From Candidatus Shapirobacteria bacterium (GTDB lineage: Bacteria; Patescibacteriota; Microgenomatia; UBA12405): a DNA stretch of 64,000 nucleotides. A program made the translations under genes and the position numbers. Where the stretch lies: the NCBI GenBank assembly GCA_041665485.1, contig JBAYIT010000001.1, forward strand, positions 140,270 through 204,269. The letters are read 5' to 3'. The notes under the pieces were generated by a model. It made no database searches, was not told where the DNA came from, and worked only from the letters and a program-made list of their open reading frames with translations. This document shows, in pieces, positions 7,948 through 16,969 of the stretch (positions are counted from its first letter, which is position 1; each line of letters begins with the position of its first letter).

Positions 7948-10857
7948 GTGGCAACAGACATAAAACAAAGACGACAACCTATTGAAGTGGTGGGGGCCGG
8001 CGGATGGGATAGAAACGAACCAGAAACAGTGGGAGAAGTTTTGAGGTTACTTGAAGCTAGAGGCGGAAGAATAATAGACATAGAGGAAGAAGGTGGAGTT
8101 TGGCGGAAAATTGTTCAAATTTGTCAATACTTTGGAGTTACTGGTAAATTAAGCGTTGATCCGGTAGAGATCTTGAAGACACTTAAGATTGAGGCAAAAG
8201 ATGAAAATTTGACTTTGGATGAGGTGGCTGAAGAACTTAATAAAAGAATAGAAGAGGCGATTGAAAGGCCGGAGTTGGAGACTAAGACGTTGAATTCGGA
8301 ACAACTAAAGATATTGCTTAGGAAACTTGACGACCATTTGATGGAGCAAGGAAAAACAACAGAGGCAGTTGAGAGAGTGGCAAAAACATACGGCCTCGAC
8401 AAGGACGGAGAGGCTTTATTGGCCCAGGCGGTGGCGAGAAAAAAAGAAATTGAGATAAAACTGGCGAAACATGGAGCTGATGTCATCAGTGACAGCCAGG
8501 TAGTAGCTGAAGCAATGTTGGTTGAGGAAGGGTTGTCCAAAAAAGAAGCCAAAGAATCGGCAGAAAAGATGGTTGAAGTAGTGGTGGAAGATAGAACTAA
8601 TAGACCGAAAGTTAGAGAAGAGCTTGCTGGTGAGAGTGAATCAGTAAGACAGGTGGCGGAAGAGTTGACAGTAGCCTTGGAAATCGAAGAAAAGCTTCAA
8701 GATGCAACGAGGGAAACAGTGGAACTAACTAGAGAGACAGAGGCAAAATTGAGACCAGTGCTGGGTGATAGGGCACTGGAAGTGGCAGTGGCGGTGGCAA
8801 ATGGAACCGAACCAGAGAAGGCAGTGCCAACGGAATTAAAAATAGAAAGAAGAGAGAGGGAGGTAGTGATAGTAGAACTAGGACATGAAAGAGAAACGAT
8901 AATGGTCGAACAACAAATCAGAGAAAAGGTAAATATTGTTTCGACTAGATTGGCAGAAGTGTTGGGAATAGAAAGGGATGGTGTGGCAGTTGAAGAGATA
9001 AGACGAGAAGTGGAAGAAAGAATGAGGATGACAATGAGAGATGGAGGTGATTTGAACCGACCAGTGGCGACTGTAGTGTCAGGGACAGAAGGTGTAGTAG
9101 TACGAACGACAATGATAGGTAAAGTTGAGGAGGTGGTAGGGGCTGAAGTACCAACAGAAAAACTGAAGCAGGTAAATTCAATATTGGATGGCGCGAGTCA
9201 GGAGCTGAATAAATACCAAGATCAGTTTGGTGATGTTTTAGCTTGGCGCAAAAGACATACTCGGGAAGAAGTAATTGATGCGATGGTGGCTAGAAGCGGA
9301 GTAAGCAACCAGTCTATTGTCGATTATGCTTCGAGATTGGCTGATATAGCCGAGAAAGAGAGTCCAATTGAAAAATGGAAAAATGTAGCTTTAAGTAATC
9401 TTGAAGCACAACAAATGAATTTGGCCGAAAACGAAAGATTAAGCCCGACTCAAAGAGAAAATGCTTGGGATAAAATAGTGGGGATTTCAAAAATCCTAAG
9501 AATGTCGCCTGACGTTTTTGATGCTACAGTAGCAGCTAGGAATAAAGTGGTTGAAGCGATTGGTGAAACAGCCGTTGATGGAGTAAAACTAGGTAGAGTC
9601 GGTATTTATGATCAGATATTTAAGTTGGCGGGGGAAAATGAGGGGCTGAAATCGATGTTGAATTTTGTTCAAAAGAAAGTGGCCTTTTTTGAACAATTTA
9701 ACAACCTTGGCTTTCAAATATTTAGCCGATTGGGCGGAGAAGAAATGGCGCTTAATTTTGCCGGCAGAATTGCCGGACAAGCAGGGGTGGAGTTTGCCAA
9801 AGAAGGTTTAATGATAATGGCGGAACAAGGAGCTGGGGCAGGAATAAGATTTGGATTGGAGAAAATTGCTGGGCAATTAGCGGTAAGATTTGGGATAAAC
9901 TCGGCGACTACAGTTGCAACTAGCGGGGCAACAACTGGATCAATTGCGGTGGCGGGAGCGGCGACAGGCCCACCAGGATGGGTGATAGCAGCAATAGTAA
10001 TTGGTGTTCAATTGGTAGGAAAGGCGGTGGGGTGGGTGGTGGGGAAAATTAAGGGATTTTTTGGAGGAATGCTGGGGGCACTGGGAATAGATGCCAAGAT
10101 GTTTGATGCGGTTGGGGGAATTAAAAACTTTTTGAAAGAGAATGGTATGGGACTGTTGAACAAGCCGATGGAATTGATTGAGGGTTTACTGAATATAATC
10201 GGGATGGGGTGGATAGCAAAGGATTTGGGGAACTTAATAATTTGGGTGGTTAGTGGAGTTTTTGTGGGGTTTTTACTGATTTCTTCAATGCTGACGGCTC
10301 CGATTGCCTCACTTTTTCTGCCACCGGGGAGAGGGGTGGGAGGGGCGGTGGTGGACCAGACGACGCTAAACGGCGGTTATTTGGCGGCGGCGCCATGGAG
10401 CGGTGACATAAACGAACTGCCAGACTCCTGCCCACCAGATAGCTTGCCAATTGGGGGAACGGTGACACAGGGACCTTTAGCAAAAGACTGCTCTCATGCT
10501 CTTTACAAAAACGTCATTGATGTGGCCGGACCGAAAGATAATATCTTATCAACTCATGATGGAGTAGTAGAAGCAGTAATAAATATGGGTGATGGGTATG
10601 GGCAATATGTTGATATTAGGGGAAGGTGTGGCACGACTACTTTTGTAACCCGTTATGCGCACATGGTTGTTGGTTCACCTAAAGTGAAGGTGGGAGAAAA
10701 AGTGGAAAAAGAGAAAACAATACTTGGGACGCGAAATAGTTCGGGAAATTCAAGCGGAAATCACTTACACTATGAAATTAGAGGACTAACAACAGAATAT
10801 TTTCATGACTGGGAGGGATGTTGTAATGAAAATAATGGTACTTTTTGTAAAAATTAA
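7948..10857 (+). CDS. large coiled-coil / Gly-rich membrane protein with C-terminal M23 (LytM) peptidase domain
   Basis: 969 aa. The N-terminal ~470 aa are Glu/Arg/Lys-rich and predicted coiled-coil. The middle has Gly/Ala-rich hydrophobic segments. The C-terminus carries M23 motifs HDGVV...YAHM...GNSSGNHLHYEI. Confidence 0.7.
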   Translation: MATDIKQRRQPIEVVGAGGWDRNEPETVGEVLRLLEARGGRIIDIEEEGGVWRKIVQICQYFGVTGKLSVDPVEILKTLKIEAKDENLTLDEVAEELNKRIEEAIERPELETKTLNSEQLKILLRKLDDHLMEQGKTTEAVERVAKTYGLDKDGEALLAQAVARKKEIEIKLAKHGADVISDSQVVAEAMLVEEGLSKKEAKESAEKMVEVVVEDRTNRPKVREELAGESESVRQVAEELTVALEIEEKLQDATRETVELTRETEAKLRPVLGDRALEVAVAVANGTEPEKAVPTELKIERREREVVIVELGHERETIMVEQQIREKVNIVSTRLAEVLGIERDGVAVEEIRREVEERMRMTMRDGGDLNRPVATVVSGTEGVVVRTTMIGKVEEVVGAEVPTEKLKQVNSILDGASQELNKYQDQFGDVLAWRKRHTREEVIDAMVARSGVSNQSIVDYASRLADIAEKESPIEKWKNVALSNLEAQQMNLAENERLSPTQRENAWDKIVGISKILRMSPDVFDATVAARNKVVEAIGETAVDGVKLGRVGIYDQIFKLAGENEGLKSMLNFVQKKVAFFEQFNNLGFQIFSRLGGEEMALNFAGRIAGQAGVEFAKEGLMIMAEQGAGAGIRFGLEKIAGQLAVRFGINSATTVATSGATTGSIAVAGAATGPPGWVIAAIVIGVQLVGKAVGWVVGKIKGFFGGMLGALGIDAKMFDAVGGIKNFLKENGMGLLNKPMELIEGLLNIIGMGWIAKDLGNLIIWVVSGVFVGFLLISSMLTAPIASLFLPPGRGVGGAVVDQTTLNGGYLAAAPWSGDINELPDSCPPDSLPIGGTVTQGPLAKDCSHALYKNVIDVAGPKDNILSTHDGVVEAVINMGDGYGQYVDIRGRCGTTTFVTRYAHMVVGSPKVKVGEKVEKEKTILGTRNSSGNSSGNHLHYEIRGLTTEYFHDWEGCCNENNGTFCKN

Positions 10858-10859
10858 TT

Positions 10860-11831
10860 ATGAAAATAAAAATAATTGGCTTAATTTTGGTAATAATGGC
10901 AATAGTGGGGTTAACGGTGCTAAGTTTGGTTAACAAAAACAAAACCGACCAAGACCAAACGATAAAAATGGGGAAGATTCCAGAGATTGCTGATAAACCA
11001 GTTTACAGAAAGGAGTATTTGGAAAACTATGAAAGGGTGAGCAATATTTGGTGGGAAACGGAAAGGGTAGAACTGCCAACTGAGGCCCAGGCAATAAAAT
11101 TAAAACCAGGGTTTGTGGACATAGCTAATTTAAGACAATGGGCAGAGAAGATGGGACTAGAGTATGTGGAGGGCAAGTGGACCGACGGCAATAAAAAACA
11201 ACTAAGCTATAACCCGCAAACAAAAAAGTTGGAGTATGCAGAAAATATTGAGAGCAAAAAACAACTAACGGGAAACAACCTACCAATAGAAACAATTAAA
11301 GATAATTTAATAAAACTTTTGGCGGAAATTGAAGGACCAAAAAATTTGCCGGTGGTAATTACCGAAACAATTCCCAGAAAACTGGTTTATCCAAGGTGGG
11401 TGACAACAACAGAAAAAGAGGCTGAAGTGTTTGAAATCAGAGCCAATTATAAAATTAACGGAGTGGAAGTGGCTATTGACGGCTGGGAATCGATAAAAAG
11501 TGTCTGGACTCGAGGTGGAAAACTAATAAAACTAGTGACGGTTTGGCCGTTAGAGACGGGGGAGAAACAAGATATAAAAACTAAAAATCTAGCTGAAATA
11601 CAGAGCGCTTTAAATGGGGGTGGAATAAGAATATGGCAAGTTAGAGGAGGAGAGAAAACCGATTTAAGCTACAATACAGAGACAATAAATAGGGCGGTAA
11701 ATGAAATAAGCCTGATGTATGTTTATGATGAAAAAAATAGTTGGCTAATGCCTTATTACAAATTAGTGGGAAATGCAATTGCTAACAATGAGCCGGTTAG
11801 AATTGAATTTGTTGCGGAAGCAGGAAATTAG
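10860..11831 (+). CDS. membrane-anchored hypothetical protein (T4SS-locus associated)
   Basis: N-terminal TM helix IIGLILVIMAIVGLTVLSLV; the start codon overlaps the upstream stop; no recognisable domain. Confidence 0.5.
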   Translation: MKIKIIGLILVIMAIVGLTVLSLVNKNKTDQDQTIKMGKIPEIADKPVYRKEYLENYERVSNIWWETERVELPTEAQAIKLKPGFVDIANLRQWAEKMGLEYVEGKWTDGNKKQLSYNPQTKKLEYAENIESKKQLTGNNLPIETIKDNLIKLLAEIEGPKNLPVVITETIPRKLVYPRWVTTTEKEAEVFEIRANYKINGVEVAIDGWESIKSVWTRGGKLIKLVTVWPLETGEKQDIKTKNLAEIQSALNGGGIRIWQVRGGEKTDLSYNTETINRAVNEISLMYVYDEKNSWLMPYYKLVGNAIANNEPVRIEFVAEAGN

Positions 11832-11852
11832 ATGTTAGATCCTAGATTTTAG

Positions 11853-12254
11853 ATGATAGATATTAAAAATAAATACCAAAAATATCAGATTTTGATTTGG
11901 TTAGGAGCGATAGTGGTGGCGATGTCGGTGATAAAAATTACCTATAAACCGGATAAAAACGAGATTATTAATCAACAAATTAGTCAACCGGGGGTGACTA
12001 TTGCTTTGACACCAACGGTGGAGCCGGAACCACCAATAACCGAACCGGAAACAAATTATGATGAAGATTTTCCCTTGTGGCAGTTACTCCCCTACTCGGG
12101 AGCCGGGTTTACGGTTGACCGCTATTTATCGCCAAAAACGCTTGGGGTAAAAATTAAGGGAATTGATAAAAAAATAGTGGAGGAAAGAATTAAAACGTGG
12201 CTTCTACAAAATAAGATTGAGGAAGGAAGTCATAAAATTGAATACCTCAATTAA
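11853..12254 (+). CDS. membrane-anchored hypothetical protein
   Basis: 133 aa with an N-terminal TM helix ILIWLGAIVVAMSVI. Confidence 0.45.
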   Translation: MIDIKNKYQKYQILIWLGAIVVAMSVIKITYKPDKNEIINQQISQPGVTIALTPTVEPEPPITEPETNYDEDFPLWQLLPYSGAGFTVDRYLSPKTLGVKIKGIDKKIVEERIKTWLLQNKIEEGSHKIEYLN

Positions 12255-12308
12255 ATTTTTAATTTGAAATTTTTAATTTTTAATCAATTTTTAATTATTA
12301 AATTTTAA

Positions 12309-12572
12309 ATGATAAAAAAAATAGTTTTAACTATGCTTTTTGGTTTAATGTTGGGTGGGTGTAGTTTGGGAAAACCACAAGAGAGTGCAGTGGTAGAGAT
12401 GATGGGAACAGTAAAAACGAAAGTTGGCGATGAATATATTTTTATGACTAACGGCGAACTGAAAAACATTACCAGCAACAAAGTTAATTTAGACCAATAT
12501 GTAGGAAAAGAGATAAAAGTAAAGGGAATGTATTCGGGATCAACATTGTATGTGGATGAAGTGGGGAATTAG
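12309..12572 (+). CDS. small lipoprotein
   Basis: Signal peptide with lipobox LMLGGCS. Confidence 0.55.
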   Translation: MIKKIVLTMLFGLMLGGCSLGKPQESAVVEMMGTVKTKVGDEYIFMTNGELKNITSNKVNLDQYVGKEIKVKGMYSGSTLYVDEVGN

Positions 12573-12595
12573 AAACCAGAAATAAGAGATAAGAA

Positions 12596-13063
12596 CTAAG
12601 AGCTAAGATCTTTTTCTAGGTCAACAACCCAATCCTCTACCCCATTATAAATTCCGTCCAAGTATGGTTTGTCAGAGATTACTTTGTAGTCGAGTTTTTC
12701 GTATAATCTTTTAGCGTTGGCATTTAAATCAGGATTAACGGCTAAACCAGTCTTTTTAAACCCTTTATTTTTGGCTTTATTTTCGCATTCTTGAATTAGA
12801 GCGGTTCCAAAACCCTTGCCTCTTTCAGAATCTTTAATGTAAAGATCACCCATGTCGGGATATTCGGGATGAGTTTCTTTGCCAGTCCACTTTAAAACAA
12901 CAAAACCAATAATTTGGCCATCAACTTCTATGATTAAAAATTCAGAATCACCTTTATTTTGATCTGACAGTCTTTGATTAATAATCTCGTCGGAAAGATT
13001 TTCGGAGCGAATAAGTTTAAGTGAGGAAATATCGGAATAAATGACGGGGCGAATAGTAATCAC
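12596..13063 (-). CDS. GNAT-family N-acetyltransferase (start set to GTG at 13061-13063, 2 nt after the dnaN stop)
   Basis: GNAT motifs IGFVVL...RGKGFGTALIQ; the track ORF extends to 13183 but would overlap the dnaN 3' end by 118 nt. Confidence 0.65.
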   Translation of the reverse strand: MITIRPVIYSDISSLKLIRSENLSDEIINQRLSDQNKGDSEFLIIEVDGQIIGFVVLKWTGKETHPEYPDMGDLYIKDSERGKGFGTALIQECENKAKNKGFKKTGLAVNPDLNANAKRLYEKLDYKVISDKPYLDGIYNGVEDWVVDLEKDLSS

Positions 13064-13065
13064 TT

Positions 13066-14184
13066 TTAGTCCTGAATGCGGACAGGCATGATGATGTGGG
13101 TGAAATGAGGACTGCCTTGATCTTGGAAGGAGCCGGGGGTTAAGGATTGATTGAGACCAATAACGATTTCTTCGCCTTGGCAAACAGCCAGAAAGTCAGA
13201 AACATATTTATAGTTAAAGGCAATTTCTAAAGGCTCGCCTTCAATTTTGGCGTCAACGACGGCGAGATTTTGGCCAATTTGGGGAGCATTGGCAGTCAAC
13301 TCAAGAGTGGAGGACTTAAAATTAAACTTAACCACATTGGCTGATTCACGGGCAAAAACAGAGGCGATTTTAACGGCTTGAGCTAGTTCTTCGCGATTAA
13401 CAAAGGCCTTGGTGGTAAATTCGGGAGGGATAATTCTTTGGTAATCAGGGTAGTCGCCCTGAAGGAGACGGGAGACAATCTCTAGATCCTCTAGAACGAA
13501 GACGACTTGATGGGAGTCGCTGGTGAGACCAACCTTGACAGTCTTGGCGTTTTTAGCAAGCTTAGTGACTTCAGATAGGGTTCGGGAGGGAATAAGAAAG
13601 GTGTTAGAGTCATCGGCTTTTAGGTCGATAGGGTTGACCAGTTTAACGTCTTCCAGAGAAAGACGAAAACCGTCGGTGCCGACCATGAGTAAATTATTGG
13701 CAGAAAAACGGCAAAGAATGGAGGTTAAAACGGGGCGGGAATCATCGATGGCGGCGGTAAAGGCGACTTTGCCAACAGCTGGAGAAAAAGATTGATAGTC
13801 GAGCTCAAAAGCAGTTTTGGGATCGAGGGTAGGGATTTGGGGAAAGTCGGCAACAGGGGTAGTGGCAAAAGTGGAATTGGCCTTAGGAGAAGAAATTTTT
13901 AATAAGCCATTAGTAACCTCAAGGTCTATTTTTCCAGGAGTAAGGTAAGAAACAAACTCGGTAATTTCTTTGGCGGGAACACTGATGGCACCTTCTTCGT
14001 CGATTTTGGCACCTAACCAATAATTGATACTTAAATCAAGGTTGGTGGCGGAAAGTTTGAGACGGCCGGAATCAGTGGCTAGGACAATATTATTCAAGAT
14101 GGGTAATTGAGATTTGGAGGCAACAAAACGGGAAACGTGAGTGAGAGCAGTTTGGAAGTTGTCTTGAAGGAGAGAAAGTTTCAT
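13066..14184 (-). CDS. dnaN: DNA polymerase III beta sliding clamp
   Basis: 372 aa with beta-clamp three-domain pattern; lies immediately downstream of dnaA. Confidence 0.9.
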   Translation of the reverse strand: MKLSLLQDNFQTALTHVSRFVASKSQLPILNNIVLATDSGRLKLSATNLDLSINYWLGAKIDEEGAISVPAKEITEFVSYLTPGKIDLEVTNGLLKISSPKANSTFATTPVADFPQIPTLDPKTAFELDYQSFSPAVGKVAFTAAIDDSRPVLTSILCRFSANNLLMVGTDGFRLSLEDVKLVNPIDLKADDSNTFLIPSRTLSEVTKLAKNAKTVKVGLTSDSHQVVFVLEDLEIVSRLLQGDYPDYQRIIPPEFTTKAFVNREELAQAVKIASVFARESANVVKFNFKSSTLELTANAPQIGQNLAVVDAKIEGEPLEIAFNYKYVSDFLAVCQGEEIVIGLNQSLTPGSFQDQGSPHFTHIIMPVRIQD

Positions 14185-14451
14185 GTTGGTTTATATTAAC
14201 AAATTAGTTTAATTAAACAGTAGTGATGTTAATAGAGGGTGGGGATTTGTGTATAAGAAATAAAAACGACGTAATCAGTAACTGGTAATTGGTAATTAGT
14301 AATTGGGGAAAACAAGAAATGGTGACAGAAAAGAATAAAAACAACTTTTCTATCTTATAGAACGAGGTCAGATTTGGGTAAGATTCGGGGGAAAAAAGGG
14401 AAATATTTTGGGGAAAGAAATGTGGATAAGTAGAGGCCTTTGGTGGATAAG
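14185..14451. promoter_or_regulatory. putative oriC segment: AT-rich stretch plus DnaA boxes in the dnaA-dnaN intergenic region
   Basis: TGTGGATAA at 14421-14429 is a perfect consensus DnaA box; GTGGATAA at 14443-14450; variant TGTGTATAA at 14249-14257; AT-rich 14190-14240. Confidence 0.5.
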
Positions 14452-15789
14452 TCATAGTGATGAGGAAATTTGAGCTTTAAGACGGTGGACAAGTTCTTGA
14501 GATTGTGGATTAGTGGATAAGTCGTGAGCGATTTTGTCGCGGGCGTGGATAATGCTGGTGTGATCACGGCCACCAAGAAGACGGCCAACATCCTGAAGAG
14601 GGAGTTTAAGTTCAGAGAGGAGGAGGTAGGCGGTGATGTGGCGGGCGGTGACAAGATTTTTGGAACGGGCAGGACCGCAGAGATCACCGGTTTTGATGTC
14701 AAAAAATTTAGCACAAACGGAAATAAGGTGGCGGGGGGTAGCTTGAGCGACGTCGGGAGAAGATGATGAAGACATTAAGCCGACAATTTCAGGGGTAACC
14801 CGACTAATCTTTTGAGAAAGACATTTGGCGCTGATCTCCTGAATTTTGCCTTCGATATCGCGGATATTTGAAGTTAGGTTTTCGGCCATGTAGGAGAGAG
14901 CCGGAGAGTCGATAGTTAATCCCCTATCTTCAAATTTCTGGCGGATGATGGCGTGGCGCATTTCCAGGTCGGGCGGTTGAATATCAACGGTGAGACCACC
15001 AAGAAAACGGGAAACCAGCCGGTCGGCTAGTCCGGAGATATCACTTGGTTTACGGTCGGAAGTAAGAATGATCTGTTTGCCGTTAAGATGGAGAGCGTTG
15101 AAGGTGTGAAAAAATTCTTCTTGAATATATTCCTTGCCGGCGATGAATTGAATATCATCAACAAGAATACAATCGACGGAGCGGTATTTGTCTTTAAACT
15201 GGTTGATGGTTTTAGATTTAAGGGCAGAAATGAGCTCGTTACCAAAAGTTTCGGCGGGGAAATAACGGATTTTAAATTGATTGTTTTTGGTTAAAAGCTC
15301 ATGGCCGACAGCCTGCATTAAATGGGTTTTGCCGACCCCTACCCCACCCCAGATAAAGAAAGGGTTGTAGATAGTGCCGGGATTATTAACAATGCCTTGG
15401 GCGGCAGCAAAGGCAAAATTATTACTGTTGCCAACAATAAGATTGGCAAAAGTGTATTTGGGGTGAAGATTGGTTTTGGTGGCAGGGACGAAAGTGGGAG
15501 CGTCAAAAAGAGGAGCGGGCGAGGGAGTGGAGGTGCTGGAGATAACGGGAGAAGTAATAAATTCGAGGATGCAGGTTTGCTGGGATTGGTGGTCGAGGGC
15601 GGATTTAAAAAGTTGATGATAGCGGCGACGGTTGAGATCGGCTAAATATTCATTGGAACAGCCGATGGTGGCTTGGCTGTTGTCGAGTTTAATAAGTTGA
15701 GTGTTGGCAACAAAGGTTTGGTAGACGGCTGGGGCCATAACAACACGGAGCTCTTCCTGGGTATTTTTCCAAAGCCTTGTTAAGTCCAT
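14452..15789 (-). CDS. dnaA: chromosomal replication initiator DnaA
   Basis: AAA+ Walker A GGVGVGKTHL, DnaA box-VII region and C-terminal DNA-binding domain. Confidence 0.9.
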   Translation of the reverse strand: MDLTRLWKNTQEELRVVMAPAVYQTFVANTQLIKLDNSQATIGCSNEYLADLNRRRYHQLFKSALDHQSQQTCILEFITSPVISSTSTPSPAPLFDAPTFVPATKTNLHPKYTFANLIVGNSNNFAFAAAQGIVNNPGTIYNPFFIWGGVGVGKTHLMQAVGHELLTKNNQFKIRYFPAETFGNELISALKSKTINQFKDKYRSVDCILVDDIQFIAGKEYIQEEFFHTFNALHLNGKQIILTSDRKPSDISGLADRLVSRFLGGLTVDIQPPDLEMRHAIIRQKFEDRGLTIDSPALSYMAENLTSNIRDIEGKIQEISAKCLSQKISRVTPEIVGLMSSSSSPDVAQATPRHLISVCAKFFDIKTGDLCGPARSKNLVTARHITAYLLLSELKLPLQDVGRLLGGRDHTSIIHARDKIAHDLSTNPQSQELVHRLKAQISSSL

Positions 15790-16039
15790 GTTGTTTAGAA
15801 TCTACGAATCTAGAATCTACGAATTTAGATAGAACAAATAAATAACCTAAATACCGGCAAGAAACAGTCTCGGGGAGGAGAAAGGGGTAGGAGGTTTTCC
15901 ACAGTCATAATAGAGGAGTTTTCCACAATTGACAAGAGGGAAAAAGAATCTACGAATTTACGAATCTACGAATTAGAGAGAGTTGGGGGTGGAGAATGGG
16001 AGGGGTTTGGAGTAAATTGGAGGTAGTCATCTTTTAAAT
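15790..16039. promoter_or_regulatory. dnaA upstream region with two DnaA-box-like TTTTCCACA sites, flanked by GAATCTACGAAT repeats
   Basis: TTTTCCACA at 15896-15904 and 15919-15927, each one mismatch from TTATCCACA; tandem word repeats at 15797-15830 and 15945-15973. Confidence 0.4.
15797..15830. repeat. word-repeat family A (GAATCTACGA variants), representative copy
   Basis: GAATCTACGAATCTAGAATCTACGAATTTAGAT; other copies at about 4023-4053, 7806-7835, 15945-15973, 24016-24055, 37847-37880, 37974-38040, 43631-43670, 56754-56785. Confidence 0.8.
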
Positions 16040-16930
16040 ATGCCGGAAGGTTTGTTTCCAACACCCGATTTTGTTCGAACAGTAATTAACCTTGAGCCTG
16101 ATTTGAGGAATAATGCTTATATTAGGAGAGCGGTGGCGCCACTATTTCCAGAAACAGATTTTTTGGGAATGGGAGCAGATTGTATAACGATTGTTCATCC
16201 ATATGATCAAGGAAAAGTCGTTTCATATGAAAAAGGGGTGCAAAACGATGATCCTTTTAGTGCTTGGGAACTGTATTACGTTCACAATTTTCTCTGGGCG
16301 TTGTTCCCCCATAATTTTCCAAAGGTGTATGGAAAAACTTCTGGCCTTGATTCGAAAAGGGTGGCAGAGAGAATTGTTGACGGAGGTGGGGAGGTAATTT
16401 TTCCGTTTAGTAAAGTAATTGAAACGTGTGAAGAGATGTGTTTCCCTTTGAGTATTGATGGAAATTCGGGAAATTTTATTGTTGGTAGTGACGGGGGCGA
16501 GTATTATGTGGACAAAGTTGATGTGGGGGTGAATGATCTTGAGATGGCAAATTTCTTGAGAAGTAGACAAACTAAGGATGGTTGGGATCAAAAAACGATT
16601 TTGTATTTTACTCGATTAAGAGAGTTGATGGCAATAAAAAATTTGTGGGGATTTGTAAGTAATCCAGAAATTACCCCAATTAAGTATCAGAAAAACCCTG
16701 GGTTATGGTATGAAAAATTAATAGACCAGTGTGGCTTTGATAGAGAAGGTGAAGACCTAGAGTCGAGAGAGAGAATAATGAGAATTACGAGTCGGTTAGA
16801 GGAAATTAGGGAGGGTGTTGTTCCAGAGAAAAAGGAAGTTGGTTTATTTAAAAAATGGATTTTGGTGGTGGGTGACGTGGCAAACACTGTAAAAAATCAT
16901 TTGAGATCATTTAGGAGAAGCGGTGAGTGA
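16040..16930 (+). CDS. hypothetical protein
   Basis: 296-aa soluble protein with no recognisable motif; lies between dnaA and rpmH. Confidence 0.45.
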   Translation: MPEGLFPTPDFVRTVINLEPDLRNNAYIRRAVAPLFPETDFLGMGADCITIVHPYDQGKVVSYEKGVQNDDPFSAWELYYVHNFLWALFPHNFPKVYGKTSGLDSKRVAERIVDGGGEVIFPFSKVIETCEEMCFPLSIDGNSGNFIVGSDGGEYYVDKVDVGVNDLEMANFLRSRQTKDGWDQKTILYFTRLRELMAIKNLWGFVSNPEITPIKYQKNPGLWYEKLIDQCGFDREGEDLESRERIMRITSRLEEIREGVVPEKKEVGLFKKWILVVGDVANTVKNHLRSFRRSGE

Positions 16931-16969
16931 GTGAGTAGATTTTAGGGTGGGTTTGGTGTAAATTGGGAT

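Noticed and set aside
12596-13183. Full 195-aa track ORF for the GNAT acetyltransferase
   Set aside because: The N-terminal 40 codons would overlap the 3' end of dnaN on the same strand; a GTG 2 nt after the dnaN stop gives a normal-length GNAT.
15797-15973. Possible CRISPR array suggested by the regularly spaced GAATCTACGAAT blocks (and similar blocks elsewhere)
   Set aside because: The units are 8-10 nt tandem words with no unique spacers of 25-40 nt, no leader and no cas genes anywhere in the window; they are micro/minisatellite-like, not CRISPR.
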